A stretch of DNA of 63,886 bases, the filler included, from an uncultured Myxococcia bacterium (GTDB taxonomy: Bacteria > CAZTWC01): NCBI GenBank assembly GCA_964617105.1. It is 4 parts of 4 records of this genome, joined end to end, with 100 filler letters (N's around TTAATTAATTAA, not from the genome) between each part and the next. Parts side by side here need not be neighbours in the genome. Positions count along the whole stretch, not along the records: positions 36,921 to 55,017 come from CAZTWC010000050.1; positions 55,118 to 63,886 come from CAZTWC010000150.1; 2 more parts are not named here. One strand, 5' to 3'. Position 1 is the stretch's first letter. Each line of letters opens with the position of its first letter. Below the pieces are notes generated by a model. That model searched no databases. It saw only the letters and a list, made by a program, of their open reading frames with translations, and was not told where the DNA came from. Positions 52,902 through 62,567 of this stretch are shown here, piece after piece. Made by a program: the position numbers and the translations under genes.

Positions 52902-54230
52902 ATGTATACAGAAAATGATGGTAGATTTAACGGTATTATTTTTCGTCATGTGCGGCAGATGCTCTCCTTTTCTCAGGTCAAAAGTGGCATAACTGATGGC
53001 AGTCACAAAGATGCAGTGATTGAAGACGCGGCCCTGGTGACCGAGAAAGACCGGATTGCCTGGCTGGGAAAAGATAGTGACCTGCCTCAGCAGTATCTGG
53101 ACCAGGAAGATGGATATCTGCAAATGGATGCCAGCGGTCACGTTTTAATGCCAGGCCTGGTTGATTGTCACACCCATCTGGTTTTTGGCGGTTTTCGTGA
53201 GCAGGAGTTTCAGATGCGGGTGGAGGGGAAAAGTTATCAGGAGATCGCCCAGGCCGGAGGCGGCATCTTGTCTACAGTAGAGGCTACCCGTGGTTCAGGC
53301 AAGGAGGAGTTGGTAAATAAAGCCCTCCTCTTTTTGGATCGGATGATGGAGTTAGGCGTAACCACTGTGGAGATCAAAAGCGGCTATGGCCTCGATTGGG
53401 CCACGGAAAACAAAATGCTGGAGGTGATTGCTGCATTGAGCCAGCTGCATACCTTAAAAGTGGTGCCCACTTTTTTAGTGCATACGGTTCCCAAAGAGAT
53501 GAGTAATAAACGGGCCGTTTATTTGGAGATGGTTAAGGAGCAGTTTTTACCACAAGTGATGGAGAGTAATCTGGCCCAAATTTGTGATATTTTTTGTGAC
53601 CAGATCGCTTTCAGTGCTGCAGAGAGCCAGGATATTCTGTTGCGTGCTCAGGAACTTGGTTTTAAGATCAAAGTTCATGCCGAACAACTTACCAACTCTG
53701 GGGGCAGCCTGCTGGCCGCCAAATTTAAAGCCTTATCCGCGGATCATCTAGAGATGATTGACCAGCAAGGGATAGAAGCCCTGGCCGAAGCCGGGACAAC
53801 TGCGGTGGTGTTACCAGGCTGTAACCTGTTTTTGAACCAGGAGTTTAAGACTCCGGTAAAACAGTTGCTGAAATCTGGAGTGACCTTGGCTATTGCTACC
53901 GACTTCAACCCTGGATCCTGCATGTGCTACCACTTGCCTATGATGGCCAGTCTGGCCTCCATCAAGTATGGTCTTTCACCTTATCAGGTACTGCAGGCCA
54001 TAACCTGGGGCGGTGCCAAAGCTTTGGGGAGGGATGGGGATATAGGTTCTCTTGAAAAAGGAAAGCGGGCCGATCTGGCTCTTTTTCATATTCCCGATTA
54101 CCGGCATTTGGTCTACCACTTGTGCGGAGTAAAAGCGGCAGCCGTAGTAACCGGCGGCCGGCTGATCAAAAGTGACGATTTTTGTCCTGAGCAACACCAG
54201 GAAGTGGACCTGGTAAAAGTCTACATTTGA
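52902..54230 (+). CDS. hutI: Imidazolonepropionase
   Basis: VDCHTH, GGGILSTV, EIKSGYGL, VHAEQL, SADHL, ATDFNPG; alternative start 52881. Confidence 0.95.
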   Translation: MYTENDGRFNGIIFRHVRQMLSFSQVKSGITDGSHKDAVIEDAALVTEKDRIAWLGKDSDLPQQYLDQEDGYLQMDASGHVLMPGLVDCHTHLVFGGFREQEFQMRVEGKSYQEIAQAGGGILSTVEATRGSGKEELVNKALLFLDRMMELGVTTVEIKSGYGLDWATENKMLEVIAALSQLHTLKVVPTFLVHTVPKEMSNKRAVYLEMVKEQFLPQVMESNLAQICDIFCDQIAFSAAESQDILLRAQELGFKIKVHAEQLTNSGGSLLAAKFKALSADHLEMIDQQGIEALAEAGTTAVVLPGCNLFLNQEFKTPVKQLLKSGVTLAIATDFNPGSCMCYHLPMMASLASIKYGLSPYQVLQAITWGGAKALGRDGDIGSLEKGKRADLALFHIPDYRHLVYHLCGVKAAAVVTGGRLIKSDDFCPEQHQEVDLVKVYI

Positions 54231-54270
54231 GCGAAATATAGTAACCGGAGTCAATATGCCGGGAATTCTT

Positions 54271-55017
54271 TTACCGATTCGCCCCGCTAACCATTTTTAA
54301 CTTCTCCAGTTGCATGGCCAGCATCAGTTCCCGGGCCATGCGGTAGAGGCGGGCGTTGGCCAGGTTGGTCATGGCATCCAATACCTGCAGGTTGTCGGTT
54401 AAGCCGGTTTCGTAGAGCAATTCTGCATTTTCAACCACCCGATCGGCAATATCCTCTTGTTTGGCCGCCACTTCTATACTTTTTTGCAGGGTTTCGATAT
54501 TGATATAGACTTCAGTTACCTGGTAATGGATATTTTCCTCCAACTCCTGTATAGCCAGTTTGGCCTGCCTAAGACCGCTTTGTTTTTCTTTAAGTTCGAT
54601 TTCGCGCAGGCCGCCGTCCCAAATTCTCCAGGAGAGGTTAATCATGGCGGTGATGATAAAGTTGTCACTGGAAAAACCGCTGGACTCGGTGGCGGTAATA
54701 GAGGCAGAAGTTCCTATTACCGGCAGGTATTGATAGTAGACATCGGTTATCATTTTTCCGGCCAGAGCCTTTTGATGGCGGGCCGTAAGGAGATCTTTTC
54801 GCTGCTTGAGGGCCTTTGATGCCAGGGCTTTCGGCTCTACAAGGGGGATTTTTGTTGGTTTTGGCTCCCTGATATCAACAATTTTATGATTACCTGTGAT
54901 TTGCCGCAAAGATTGAAGGGCCAGTGAGAGACTCTCTTTGGCGGTTAATATGGCGCTTTTTTGAGCCTGAACCGCTGCTTCGGCCCGCAAAACATCCACC
55001 ACTGAAACACTGCCGTG
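54271..55017 (-). CDS. TolC-family outer-membrane efflux protein, C-terminal part
   Basis: DVLRAE, RKDL, YLP, WRIWDGG, YETGL..LQVLDA; 5' end cut by contig edge. Confidence 0.85.
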   Translation of the reverse strand, partial: HGSVSVVDVLRAEAAVQAQKSAILTAKESLSLALQSLRQITGNHKIVDIREPKPTKIPLVEPKALASKALKQRKDLLTARHQKALAGKMITDVYYQYLPVIGTSASITATESSGFSSDNFIITAMINLSWRIWDGGLREIELKEKQSGLRQAKLAIQELEENIHYQVTEVYINIETLQKSIEVAAKQEDIADRVVENAELLYETGLTDNLQVLDAMTNLANARLYRMARELMLAMQLEKLKMVSGANR

Positions 55018-55117
55018 NNNNNNNNNNNNNNNNNNNNNNNNNNNNNNNNNNNNNNNNNNNNTTAATTAATTAANNNNNNNNNNNNNNNNNNNNNNNNNNN
55101 NNNNNNNNNNNNNNNNN
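55018..55117. other. Artificial contig spacer
   Basis: 100-bp N run containing TTAATTAATTAA. Confidence 0.97.
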
Positions 55118-55191
55118 TTTCCATCCGGGAATTAACTGACGCCGAAGGTGATCCCTGTGGGAACGCCGAAGGGGTTTCGGACAGAAACTAG
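55118..55191. repeat. Inverted-repeat element (family member) at a contig start
   Basis: TTTCCATCCGGGAA..GGTTTCGGACAGAAACTAG with ACGCCGAAGG present twice inside. Confidence 0.55.
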
Positions 55192-55198
55192 TTAATTA

Positions 55199-55228
55199 TT
55201 GCCTTATATAGACTCAATATGATATAAT
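55199..55228 (+). promoter_or_regulatory. Sigma70-like promoter
   Basis: TTGCCT-N18-TATAAT with extended -10 TGa. Confidence 0.5.
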
Positions 55229-55270
55229 ATTAAATTCAAATGAATTACTCAAATAAAATCTGGGGGGAAT

Positions 55271-57020
55271 ATGACTAAAAAAATTCTACTCCTAATGTTT
55301 CTGTTATTGTCGGTGTTTTTACTATCAATATCATGCAGCGAAGACCCTCCTTTGACAGAATACATTGCTTTCTGTAAACAAAATTCCGATTGTCCAGAGG
55401 GCCAGCGCTGTTATAATGGCTACTGTGTACATGATCTATCTACCACCTGCAGTACCAAACAGGAGCCCTTAATAGAGGTTTCACCCTCATCGTTACTTTG
55501 GCAAGGCGCTAAAATCAACCAACAGGATCAGAAAGAGGNNNNNNNNNNTTGAGAATATTGGTGATTGCGAGTTAACCATATTGGATATCAGTCTTGCGGG
55601 CGGCACCAGCGATGAGTTCACCTGCTCCCCTTGTTCCCCTCTTGACAAGGCGATTTTTCCTCTACATATCAAACCCTGGAAGAAACAGACCATACAAATC
55701 AGTTATACCCCCAATCAGGAAGAGGAGAAGATGGGGTATTTGACCATTATTAGCAATGACCGCGATTTTCCCAAGGTGGAAATACCACTCAAGTCTATAT
55801 ACCAGGGTAAGGCGCTGGCTGAAGTTACACCGACCCAACTCGATTTTGGTTACGTGGCAGTGGGGGATCAAAAAACCTTGTCGCTGAAGATTACCAATAA
55901 GGGAGAGGGGCATAAAAATCTGGAGATAACCAAGGTTCACAACGACCCACCCCTTTCTACTAATTTTATGGTTGATAATAGTTTGAAATTCCCCAGTTAT
56001 TTAAAACCAGAGGAGAACCTGGAGGTACAGGTTACCTATAAACCCTCTGATGCTGCTATTCATCAGGAGAGATTGATTGTTGCCACCAACGATCTAGACA
56101 CCCCGAATATCCCGATAAAACTGCTGGGGATCAGCAAAACTCCACCAAAAATTGAGGTGAATAGTAAAAAGATCTCTTTTATGAACGTTGAGATAGGTAA
56201 GAGCCAGCAGGAGGTGCTGATTATCAGTAACCAGGGTGGCTCCGATTTGGATATCCGTATGTTTTTTGCGCCGGGCAGTGATTCCGACTTCTCTTTTTCC
56301 CCCACTATCCTGGGAAAAATTGCCGCTGGAGGCAAAGCCAATGTATATGTGGAATATACCGCCGCTATCCTGGGTCGTTCCCGGGGAACTCTGGTGTTGT
56401 CCAGTAACGATCCGAACCAGGCTAAGTTAAATATAGAGTTGTCGGGCATGGGGATAGAATCAAATGAAAGCCATGTGCTTAAGTTGGAGTTAACCTATGA
56501 AAATGGCGATGACAGCATGATAGACAACGATTTTAGAGATGTGGACCTGGTCTATGAAAATCCCTATGGCGATGTCTGCACCAAAATTCCCGAGCAAAGC
56601 CGTAATCCTAACTGGGGGATTTTTGGCACCCCCAAGTGGTTTGCCTTTGGCGCCAAGGAGGAGCCTGAGCGGATTATTCATACCAACCCGGGGCAGAAAG
56701 ATGGGCTCTATGGAGTCAAAGTCCTTTACCAGGAGGACTGTGAAGATATACCCACCCAAACTATCGCTTTGCTTTTAGGGATAAGCGTTGATGCCTTAAT
56801 AACCGGTCTCAGCGAGGGGGTACTTCGTCTGAACGTCGGTGATGATATAGAAGACATTATTAGCCAGCACTGCTTTGGCCACGGCAACACCAATGCCACG
56901 GTTACCGCCTATATAAATGGGCAACTGGCAGATGAAAAGACAGTAAAACTAAATAAAAAGGGCGATATGATGGAGATTTTTAAGATAGAGAGAAAAGGTA
57001 ACAAGTTCATCATCAAGTAG
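55271..57020 (+). CDS. Lipoprotein with Cys-rich motif and repeated ASH/choice-of-anchor-D Ig-like domains (N gap)
   Basis: LSISC lipobox; CKQNSDCPEGQRCYNGYC; repeated LDFG..I.N.G..L.I..SND units; gap at 55539-55548. Confidence 0.75.
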
Positions 57021-57088
57021 GTGGATGAACTTATTAACCAATTTCTATCTATGCAACTCCATTGCCTCTAAAATTTGTCAGGTAGACG

Positions 57089-59107
57089 ATGTATCACACA
57101 AAAGTAGTCCAACTATTTTCGCTTTTAATACTAACTATGTGTTCTTCCATCCTGTTTTTTTGCGGTTCTGAGGATAGCACCCCTTCAGCAGAGAATGGAG
57201 ATGGTAGCCAGGAGGACCAATATCTTTACGCTTCCCCGCCCAAACTGGGATTCAAATGTATTAACCTGGGTTGCAAAGAGTCGAAGGTTTTAACCCTGAC
57301 CAATGTGCGCAAGGGAAAAATTGAAATATCCAATATCCTGTTTTCGGAAGAGACCAGCAAAGATTTCGCCATAGGTTTTGACCAGAAGATCCCCCTGGTG
57401 TTGAAAGGGGGAGAACATATCGAATTAACCATGGGTTATGTACCTAACGACCCAGCCCCTGACCGAGGTGAATTGATAATAAAATACCGGTTGCTGAATA
57501 TTAAACTGGACCAGAAGAGCCAATTTGAACTGGCGATTCCCCTGGTGACCAGGTCTATCGGCATTCCAAAGATGAAAGTTGATACCGATGAAATTGATTT
57601 TAGTTTTGTTAAGGTGGGGAGTAAACGGGAACAGAATATAGCCATTGAAAATCTGGGAACCGGCAATGCAGTGCTTTCTATTGAAAAAATTGGTTTTAGT
57701 GAAGACTCTATTGTAGAAGATTTAACTATAGAGCCACCGGCTCCGCCAGCCCAGAGTGTGGCAGTCAACGATAAATTGCAGGTCAAACTTATCTATACCC
57801 CCAAAAAGGAGAATTTTATTTTTGGCCATCTTATTATCAATAGTAACGACCAAAATAATCCTTTGCATCGGGTAAAGTTTTTTGGCAGTTCCTATACCAC
57901 TCCCTATATGCAGTTGACTGCACCCGAGAAATTTATCTTTTCCGAAACCCAGGTGAGGGAGTTGTTAGAGATCAACTTTCAGGTAGCCAACATGGGAGAG
58001 AAACCATTACAGATTTCAGGCAGCATTAGTGCTGCCAGCCCAGAGGAGGCGGCTAATTTTTTAATCCATCCTCCGCTCAATAATCCCATCACCATAAAGA
58101 GTTTTAACCTTCAGGAATTCTCTTTGCGTTATTTACCCAAAGCCGCTGGTAAACACCTGGCGGAACTAACCATTGTCAGTAACGATCCCAATACCCCGGA
58201 AACCAAGTTTGCGCTGGAAGGCATAGCCATAGATCCGCAAATTGAAGTTACGCCAGCGAAAGGAGAGTTCGGGCAGATTATTGCTGAAGGAAATACTGAG
58301 GCTGAGATGGATTTTTCCATCAAAAATGTTGGCAAAGGGCCCTTGCAGATAACCGATATAACTTTGACCGCCGATTCATCCAAAGAGTTTCAATTGGGAA
58401 CTCTCCCCGGCTTGCCGGTAACCCTGAACCAGGGTAATGAGATCAAATATTTAGTCAAGTATACCACCTCGGGGCTGGGAGAATCCAAGGGGAAAATGAT
58501 TATCAAAAATTCTACTGCCAGGAATGGGGAGTTGTTGGTACCCCTTTCAGCCACTAGTGTCTCCTGTAAGGACGGTTGCCAGTTGCCTAATGGTCAACCT
58601 GAGTGCACTTCTGGTAAATGCGCCATTAAAGAGTGCAATTCTGATTTTTTTGATCTAGACCTGGAAGTGCAAAACGGTTGTGAGTGCGCTGATGAAGCAG
58701 ATGACCCCAAAGGTACTTGCACTGAGGGACGTTACCTGGGTACTCTTTCAGATAAAGATCAGGGCAGCAGTATAAGTATTACCGGAATAATTTTGCCCTC
58801 TAATGATGAAGATATTTTTAAATTTTTTGCCGAAGATGACTCTGACTGGTTTTCCGATGAATTTGAGGTTAAACTTGCGTTTACTCCACCCCCTGATTCT
58901 GATCTAAAAATGTGCTACAAATATGAAAAGCGGGATGACCACCAAGACACCTGCTCCTCTCAGACCTGGAATTGTTCTTCCAACACCTTCAGCCGTAAAG
59001 GCAGTACAGGCAAAGAAGATAGTGCCGATGTCTTTGTACGGATATTTTCGCCGGGCGGCATGCTAACTTGCGATTACTACACCTTGGAAGTATCCAACAA
59101 TAAATAA
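57089..59107 (+). CDS. Lipoprotein with about 4 ASH/choice-of-anchor-D domains, a Cys-rich module and a C-terminal beta domain
   Basis: Signal with FFCG; SNDQ/SNDP repeats; CQLPNG..C..G.C....C..DLDLEVQNGCEC. Confidence 0.75.
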   Translation: MYHTKVVQLFSLLILTMCSSILFFCGSEDSTPSAENGDGSQEDQYLYASPPKLGFKCINLGCKESKVLTLTNVRKGKIEISNILFSEETSKDFAIGFDQKIPLVLKGGEHIELTMGYVPNDPAPDRGELIIKYRLLNIKLDQKSQFELAIPLVTRSIGIPKMKVDTDEIDFSFVKVGSKREQNIAIENLGTGNAVLSIEKIGFSEDSIVEDLTIEPPAPPAQSVAVNDKLQVKLIYTPKKENFIFGHLIINSNDQNNPLHRVKFFGSSYTTPYMQLTAPEKFIFSETQVRELLEINFQVANMGEKPLQISGSISAASPEEAANFLIHPPLNNPITIKSFNLQEFSLRYLPKAAGKHLAELTIVSNDPNTPETKFALEGIAIDPQIEVTPAKGEFGQIIAEGNTEAEMDFSIKNVGKGPLQITDITLTADSSKEFQLGTLPGLPVTLNQGNEIKYLVKYTTSGLGESKGKMIIKNSTARNGELLVPLSATSVSCKDGCQLPNGQPECTSGKCAIKECNSDFFDLDLEVQNGCECADEADDPKGTCTEGRYLGTLSDKDQGSSISITGIILPSNDEDIFKFFAEDDSDWFSDEFEVKLAFTPPPDSDLKMCYKYEKRDDHQDTCSSQTWNCSSNTFSRKGSTGKEDSADVFVRIFSPGGMLTCDYYTLEVSNNK

Positions 59108-59124
59108 TTTTTTGGAGATAAAAA

Positions 59125-60153
59125 ATGTTTAATACCGGAATTATAGGATTTGGCTACTGGGGTCCCATATTGACCCGCTACTTTCATCAGCATCCGGGTT
59201 TTGTTCTTAAACGGATTGCTGATAACAATTCAGAGCGGCTAAAAGTTGCTTCAGAATCTTATCCCACAGTGGATATTACCGCTGATGTCAAAGCCAATAC
59301 CCAGGGAGATGATATCGATTTGGTGATAGTGGCTACTCCATTAAACACCCATTATGAACTGGCCCTGGACGCCATTACCAACTCAAAGCACGTTTGGTTA
59401 GAAAAACCCATGACCATGAATTCTAGCCAGGGTGAACATTTATGCCAATTGGCCGATAAAAATGGTAAGATAGTTTTGGTTGATTTTCCCATTTTATTTA
59501 CTCATGCCGCTGAAACCATTAAATCATTTATTCAAACTGGCAAAGCCGGTACCCTATCTTTTTACAATGCTCAACGGATCAATACCGGACCATACCGGTG
59601 TGATGCCAGTGTCACCTGGGACTTGGCCTCCCATGATTTGGCGATGATGCTCTACCTTTTAGGCGCTAAAGTAAAGAGCGTATCAACCACCGGCCAGAAG
59701 GATGCTAATGGCAATTTACTGGAAATTGGCTCCATTACCGTTCAACTGGACGACATAATTGCCAATATCTACGTCAATCGCCAGGCGCCGTTAAAAATTC
59801 GTAAAACCATGATTGGTGGTGATGAGGCCATGATCCTCTGGAATGAATTGGATCAGTTGGAACCGGTTAAAATCTATAACCACGATATCGGCAGTAAGGA
59901 AGGTAATTGCTCCTATCAATGCCGCCACCGGGCCGGGGCAGTTTTTTCCCCCATGGTTCAAGAGGGCGAAACGCTTTTAAAAGAGGTGGAATACTTTTTT
60001 CAATGTCTAGAAAATAAATGCCAGCCTGTAAATAACGCTCAGTTTGGTCTACAGGTAGTGCGGTTGCTGGAAGCCACGGAGGAATCTCTGGCTCGAAACG
60101 CCGCCCTGGTGGAGGTAAAGGAATGCAAACTAAATTCATTTCCGATAATTTAG
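59125..60153 (+). CDS. Gfo/Idh/MocA family NAD(P)-dependent oxidoreductase
   Basis: GIIGFGYWG, IVATP..HY, HVWLEKP, WDLASHD. Confidence 0.9.
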   Translation: MFNTGIIGFGYWGPILTRYFHQHPGFVLKRIADNNSERLKVASESYPTVDITADVKANTQGDDIDLVIVATPLNTHYELALDAITNSKHVWLEKPMTMNSSQGEHLCQLADKNGKIVLVDFPILFTHAAETIKSFIQTGKAGTLSFYNAQRINTGPYRCDASVTWDLASHDLAMMLYLLGAKVKSVSTTGQKDANGNLLEIGSITVQLDDIIANIYVNRQAPLKIRKTMIGGDEAMILWNELDQLEPVKIYNHDIGSKEGNCSYQCRHRAGAVFSPMVQEGETLLKEVEYFFQCLENKCQPVNNAQFGLQVVRLLEATEESLARNAALVEVKECKLNSFPII

Positions 60154-61409
60154 TCGCTCCCGATTGTCGGCAAAAAGATATTAGTATAGATTTTACTAAA
60201 AGCCATGGTTCCTATCTGTACGACCAGATACGGAATCGAAAACTTATTGATATGTTTAGTTTTTGGGCCAGTCTGCCATTGGGATATGGCCATCCGATTT
60301 TCTCTTCCGAAGAGTATAACCAGGATATTATCCAGGCCGCCACCTACAAAACCGCTTCCGGCCGGGTATTTTCTAATCTTTACGATGATTTCATTCAAAA
60401 GTTTCACCAGTTTGTAAGCCAGGGGCATTTTGATAAATACTTTTTTATCCACGGCGGCTCATTAGCGGTTGAAAATGCGGTTAAATGTGCCCTGGACTGG
60501 AAGAATAATTTCAACCTGGACTTGGAAATAGAATTTCAGCCGATGCAACTGGAGATCATCACCTTTAGCGGCGCCTATCACGGCATCAGTGGCTTTGGCG
60601 CTTCCTTATCCCAGGTGCCCGAAATCAAACTCCACTCTTTGCCCAAATTCTCCTGGCCCCGGTTTGAAGCACCGGTGATTACTTTCCCGTTGGATGAGAA
60701 CAGCCAAATTTTACTTGAGAAGAGGGAGAATGATTGTCTGGAACATTTGGAACAATATATAGCCAGCCGGGGAGCGGAAAAGATCGCAGCAATTTTAATC
60801 GAGCCTATTCAATGCGGCGGTGGTGATCGTCACCTGCGGGGTAAATTCTTACGAGCATTACGTCGCATAGCCGATCAGAATCAATTTTTGTTGATTTTTG
60901 ATGAAGTGCAGACCGGTTTTGGGGCGGTGGGCAAATTATGGTGCTACGAGTACTTTGGTTTGGAACCGGATATTTTGGTTTTTGGCAAGAAAACCCAAAT
61001 TAGTGGTATTGCTGTAACTGAGAGAGTTTCTCAGACCAAAGGTTCCTTTACTGAAATTGGTCGCCTAGCCGCCACCTGGGACGGCAATATCGTAGACATG
61101 GTGCGATGTAACTATATAATTAAAGCCTACCAACAAGAAGCGTTGATCGAAAATGCCCAAATGATGGGAGAGATATTTTTAACCAACCTTAAATCCATAC
61201 CTGGTTTGCTAAATGTGCGGGGTAGGGGATTGATTATAGCCTGCGACCTGGAAACTTCGCGTAAGCAAATGCTATTTTGCGATACCTGCCTTGAAAACGG
61301 GCTTTTGTTAATCCCTTCAGCCAGGCGCAATATAAGGATACGGCCCAATATGGCTGTGGATGAAGATACTATCAATCGGGCTTGCGAAATAATCAAAAAA
61401 TCTGTTTAA
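60123..61409 (+). CDS. Class III aminotransferase related to L-lysine 6-transaminase (Lat), with altered active site
   Basis: DMFSFWAS, GSLAVENA..DWK, PKFSWPR, EPIQ, FDEVQTG, FGKKTQ, TWDGNIVDMVR. Confidence 0.8.
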   Translation: MQTKFISDNLVAPDCRQKDISIDFTKSHGSYLYDQIRNRKLIDMFSFWASLPLGYGHPIFSSEEYNQDIIQAATYKTASGRVFSNLYDDFIQKFHQFVSQGHFDKYFFIHGGSLAVENAVKCALDWKNNFNLDLEIEFQPMQLEIITFSGAYHGISGFGASLSQVPEIKLHSLPKFSWPRFEAPVITFPLDENSQILLEKRENDCLEHLEQYIASRGAEKIAAILIEPIQCGGGDRHLRGKFLRALRRIADQNQFLLIFDEVQTGFGAVGKLWCYEYFGLEPDILVFGKKTQISGIAVTERVSQTKGSFTEIGRLAATWDGNIVDMVRCNYIIKAYQQEALIENAQMMGEIFLTNLKSIPGLLNVRGRGLIIACDLETSRKQMLFCDTCLENGLLLIPSARRNIRIRPNMAVDEDTINRACEIIKKSV

Positions 61410-61496
61410 GTTTTCTCCTCCCGAACCGATGTTTTAAGTGACAGCCAAAATGACACTCTATTTGCCTATTGATATACCCTTTCGGAGGCTCTCATT

Positions 61497-62012
61497 ATGA
61501 ATCAAGGATTTCAAACTTACCAGCAAGTCGGCGTTACTACTGCCAGCAAAGAAAAAATATTGATTATGCTCTATGATGGAGCCATCAAGTTTTGTGAAAC
61601 CGCTAAGAGAAAAATTAAGGAAAACGATATGGCTGCCAAGGGAGAGGCTCTGGTAAGCGCCCAGGCGATTATCCACGAGTTAATCCATTCACTCAATTAC
61701 AAAATCGCCCCGGAATTGTGTCAAAATCTGGAAAATCTCTATATGTTTATGAGTGACCAGTTGAGCGATGCCAATGTCAAAATTGATATCAAACCCATTG
61801 ATAACACTATCTCTTTGCTTAAAACATTACGGGACGCCTGGAGTAAGGCCGTTAACAATAAGGGAAAAACGGCTGCTCCAGCGGCCGGGGCCAAGAATCC
61901 TGTAAGTATCCAAAATAAATTTCCAGCTTCGGCTTCTAAGCCAATGTCCAAACCCCAATCTCAGGTTCAGGAACTTACCAGTCGGCCACGTTTGTCTTTG
62001 CGGGTGGGATAG
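61497..62012 (+). CDS. fliS: Flagellar export chaperone FliS with C-terminal extension
   Basis: YQQVGVTTAS..LIMLYDGAIKF, NLENLYMFM, LRDAW. Confidence 0.92.
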   Translation: MNQGFQTYQQVGVTTASKEKILIMLYDGAIKFCETAKRKIKENDMAAKGEALVSAQAIIHELIHSLNYKIAPELCQNLENLYMFMSDQLSDANVKIDIKPIDNTISLLKTLRDAWSKAVNNKGKTAAPAAGAKNPVSIQNKFPASASKPMSKPQSQVQELTSRPRLSLRVG

Positions 62013-62016
62013 TGAC

Positions 62017-62034
62017 TTCTCGGACTGGAACTAG
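62017..62034. repeat. Single arm of the inverted-repeat family between convergent stops
   Basis: TTCTCGGACTGGAACTAG; CTA at 62031-62033 is the TAG stop of the minus-strand gene. Confidence 0.55.
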
Positions 62035-62567
62035 TTAGTATCTACCTGCGACTTCTTCTGGCTTTCTATAATTTTATCTAGAATCACCAGATTTCCTTCC
62101 AGACTACGATTTTCGTTCATCAGGTTGACAGTTACATCGTTGTTATCTTTTATCTTTAAACTTATAATTCTAACCACGTTGCGAGTCACCCGGTTGTTTA
62201 ATATGCGGTCAGACGCCATAAGAGAAAAAATTTTGTCGAAAGGGGCTACCATAAAAAGTGCTTCTCCAAGCACTTTTAACGTAGCGCTTCTTTTCTCTTG
62301 TAAAAAAATACCGATTTCGCCAAAAGTGGAGGGTTTTGCTACTTTTGCTACTTCAACCTGATTTATTAATATGGCCACCGCACCCTTGACAAGAATGTAT
62401 AGTTTGTCACTATTTTCGCCCTGGTTGAAGATAATTTCACTATCTTTGAAGTTTACTTTTTGACAGATAGTGAGTAGTTTTACCAATTGATCTCTGGATA
62501 ATCCTCTAAAGATAGGCAGTTTAGCCAGCGCATTCAATATGGCTGTGGTCCGCTTATTATTAGACAT
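62031..62567 (-). CDS. Cyclic-nucleotide-binding domain protein
   Basis: PIFRGL, IFNQGE, LYILVKG, FGEIG..KRSAT. Confidence 0.85.
   Translation of the reverse strand: MSNNKRTTAILNALAKLPIFRGLSRDQLVKLLTICQKVNFKDSEIIFNQGENSDKLYILVKGAVAILINQVEVAKVAKPSTFGEIGIFLQEKRSATLKVLGEALFMVAPFDKIFSLMASDRILNNRVTRNVVRIISLKIKDNNDVTVNLMNENRSLEGNLVILDKIIESQKKSQVDTN

Noticed and set aside
55138-55172. ACGCCGAAGG direct repeat as a CRISPR remnant
   Set aside because: Only two 10-bp copies with a short spacer, inside an inverted-repeat element, and no cas genes.
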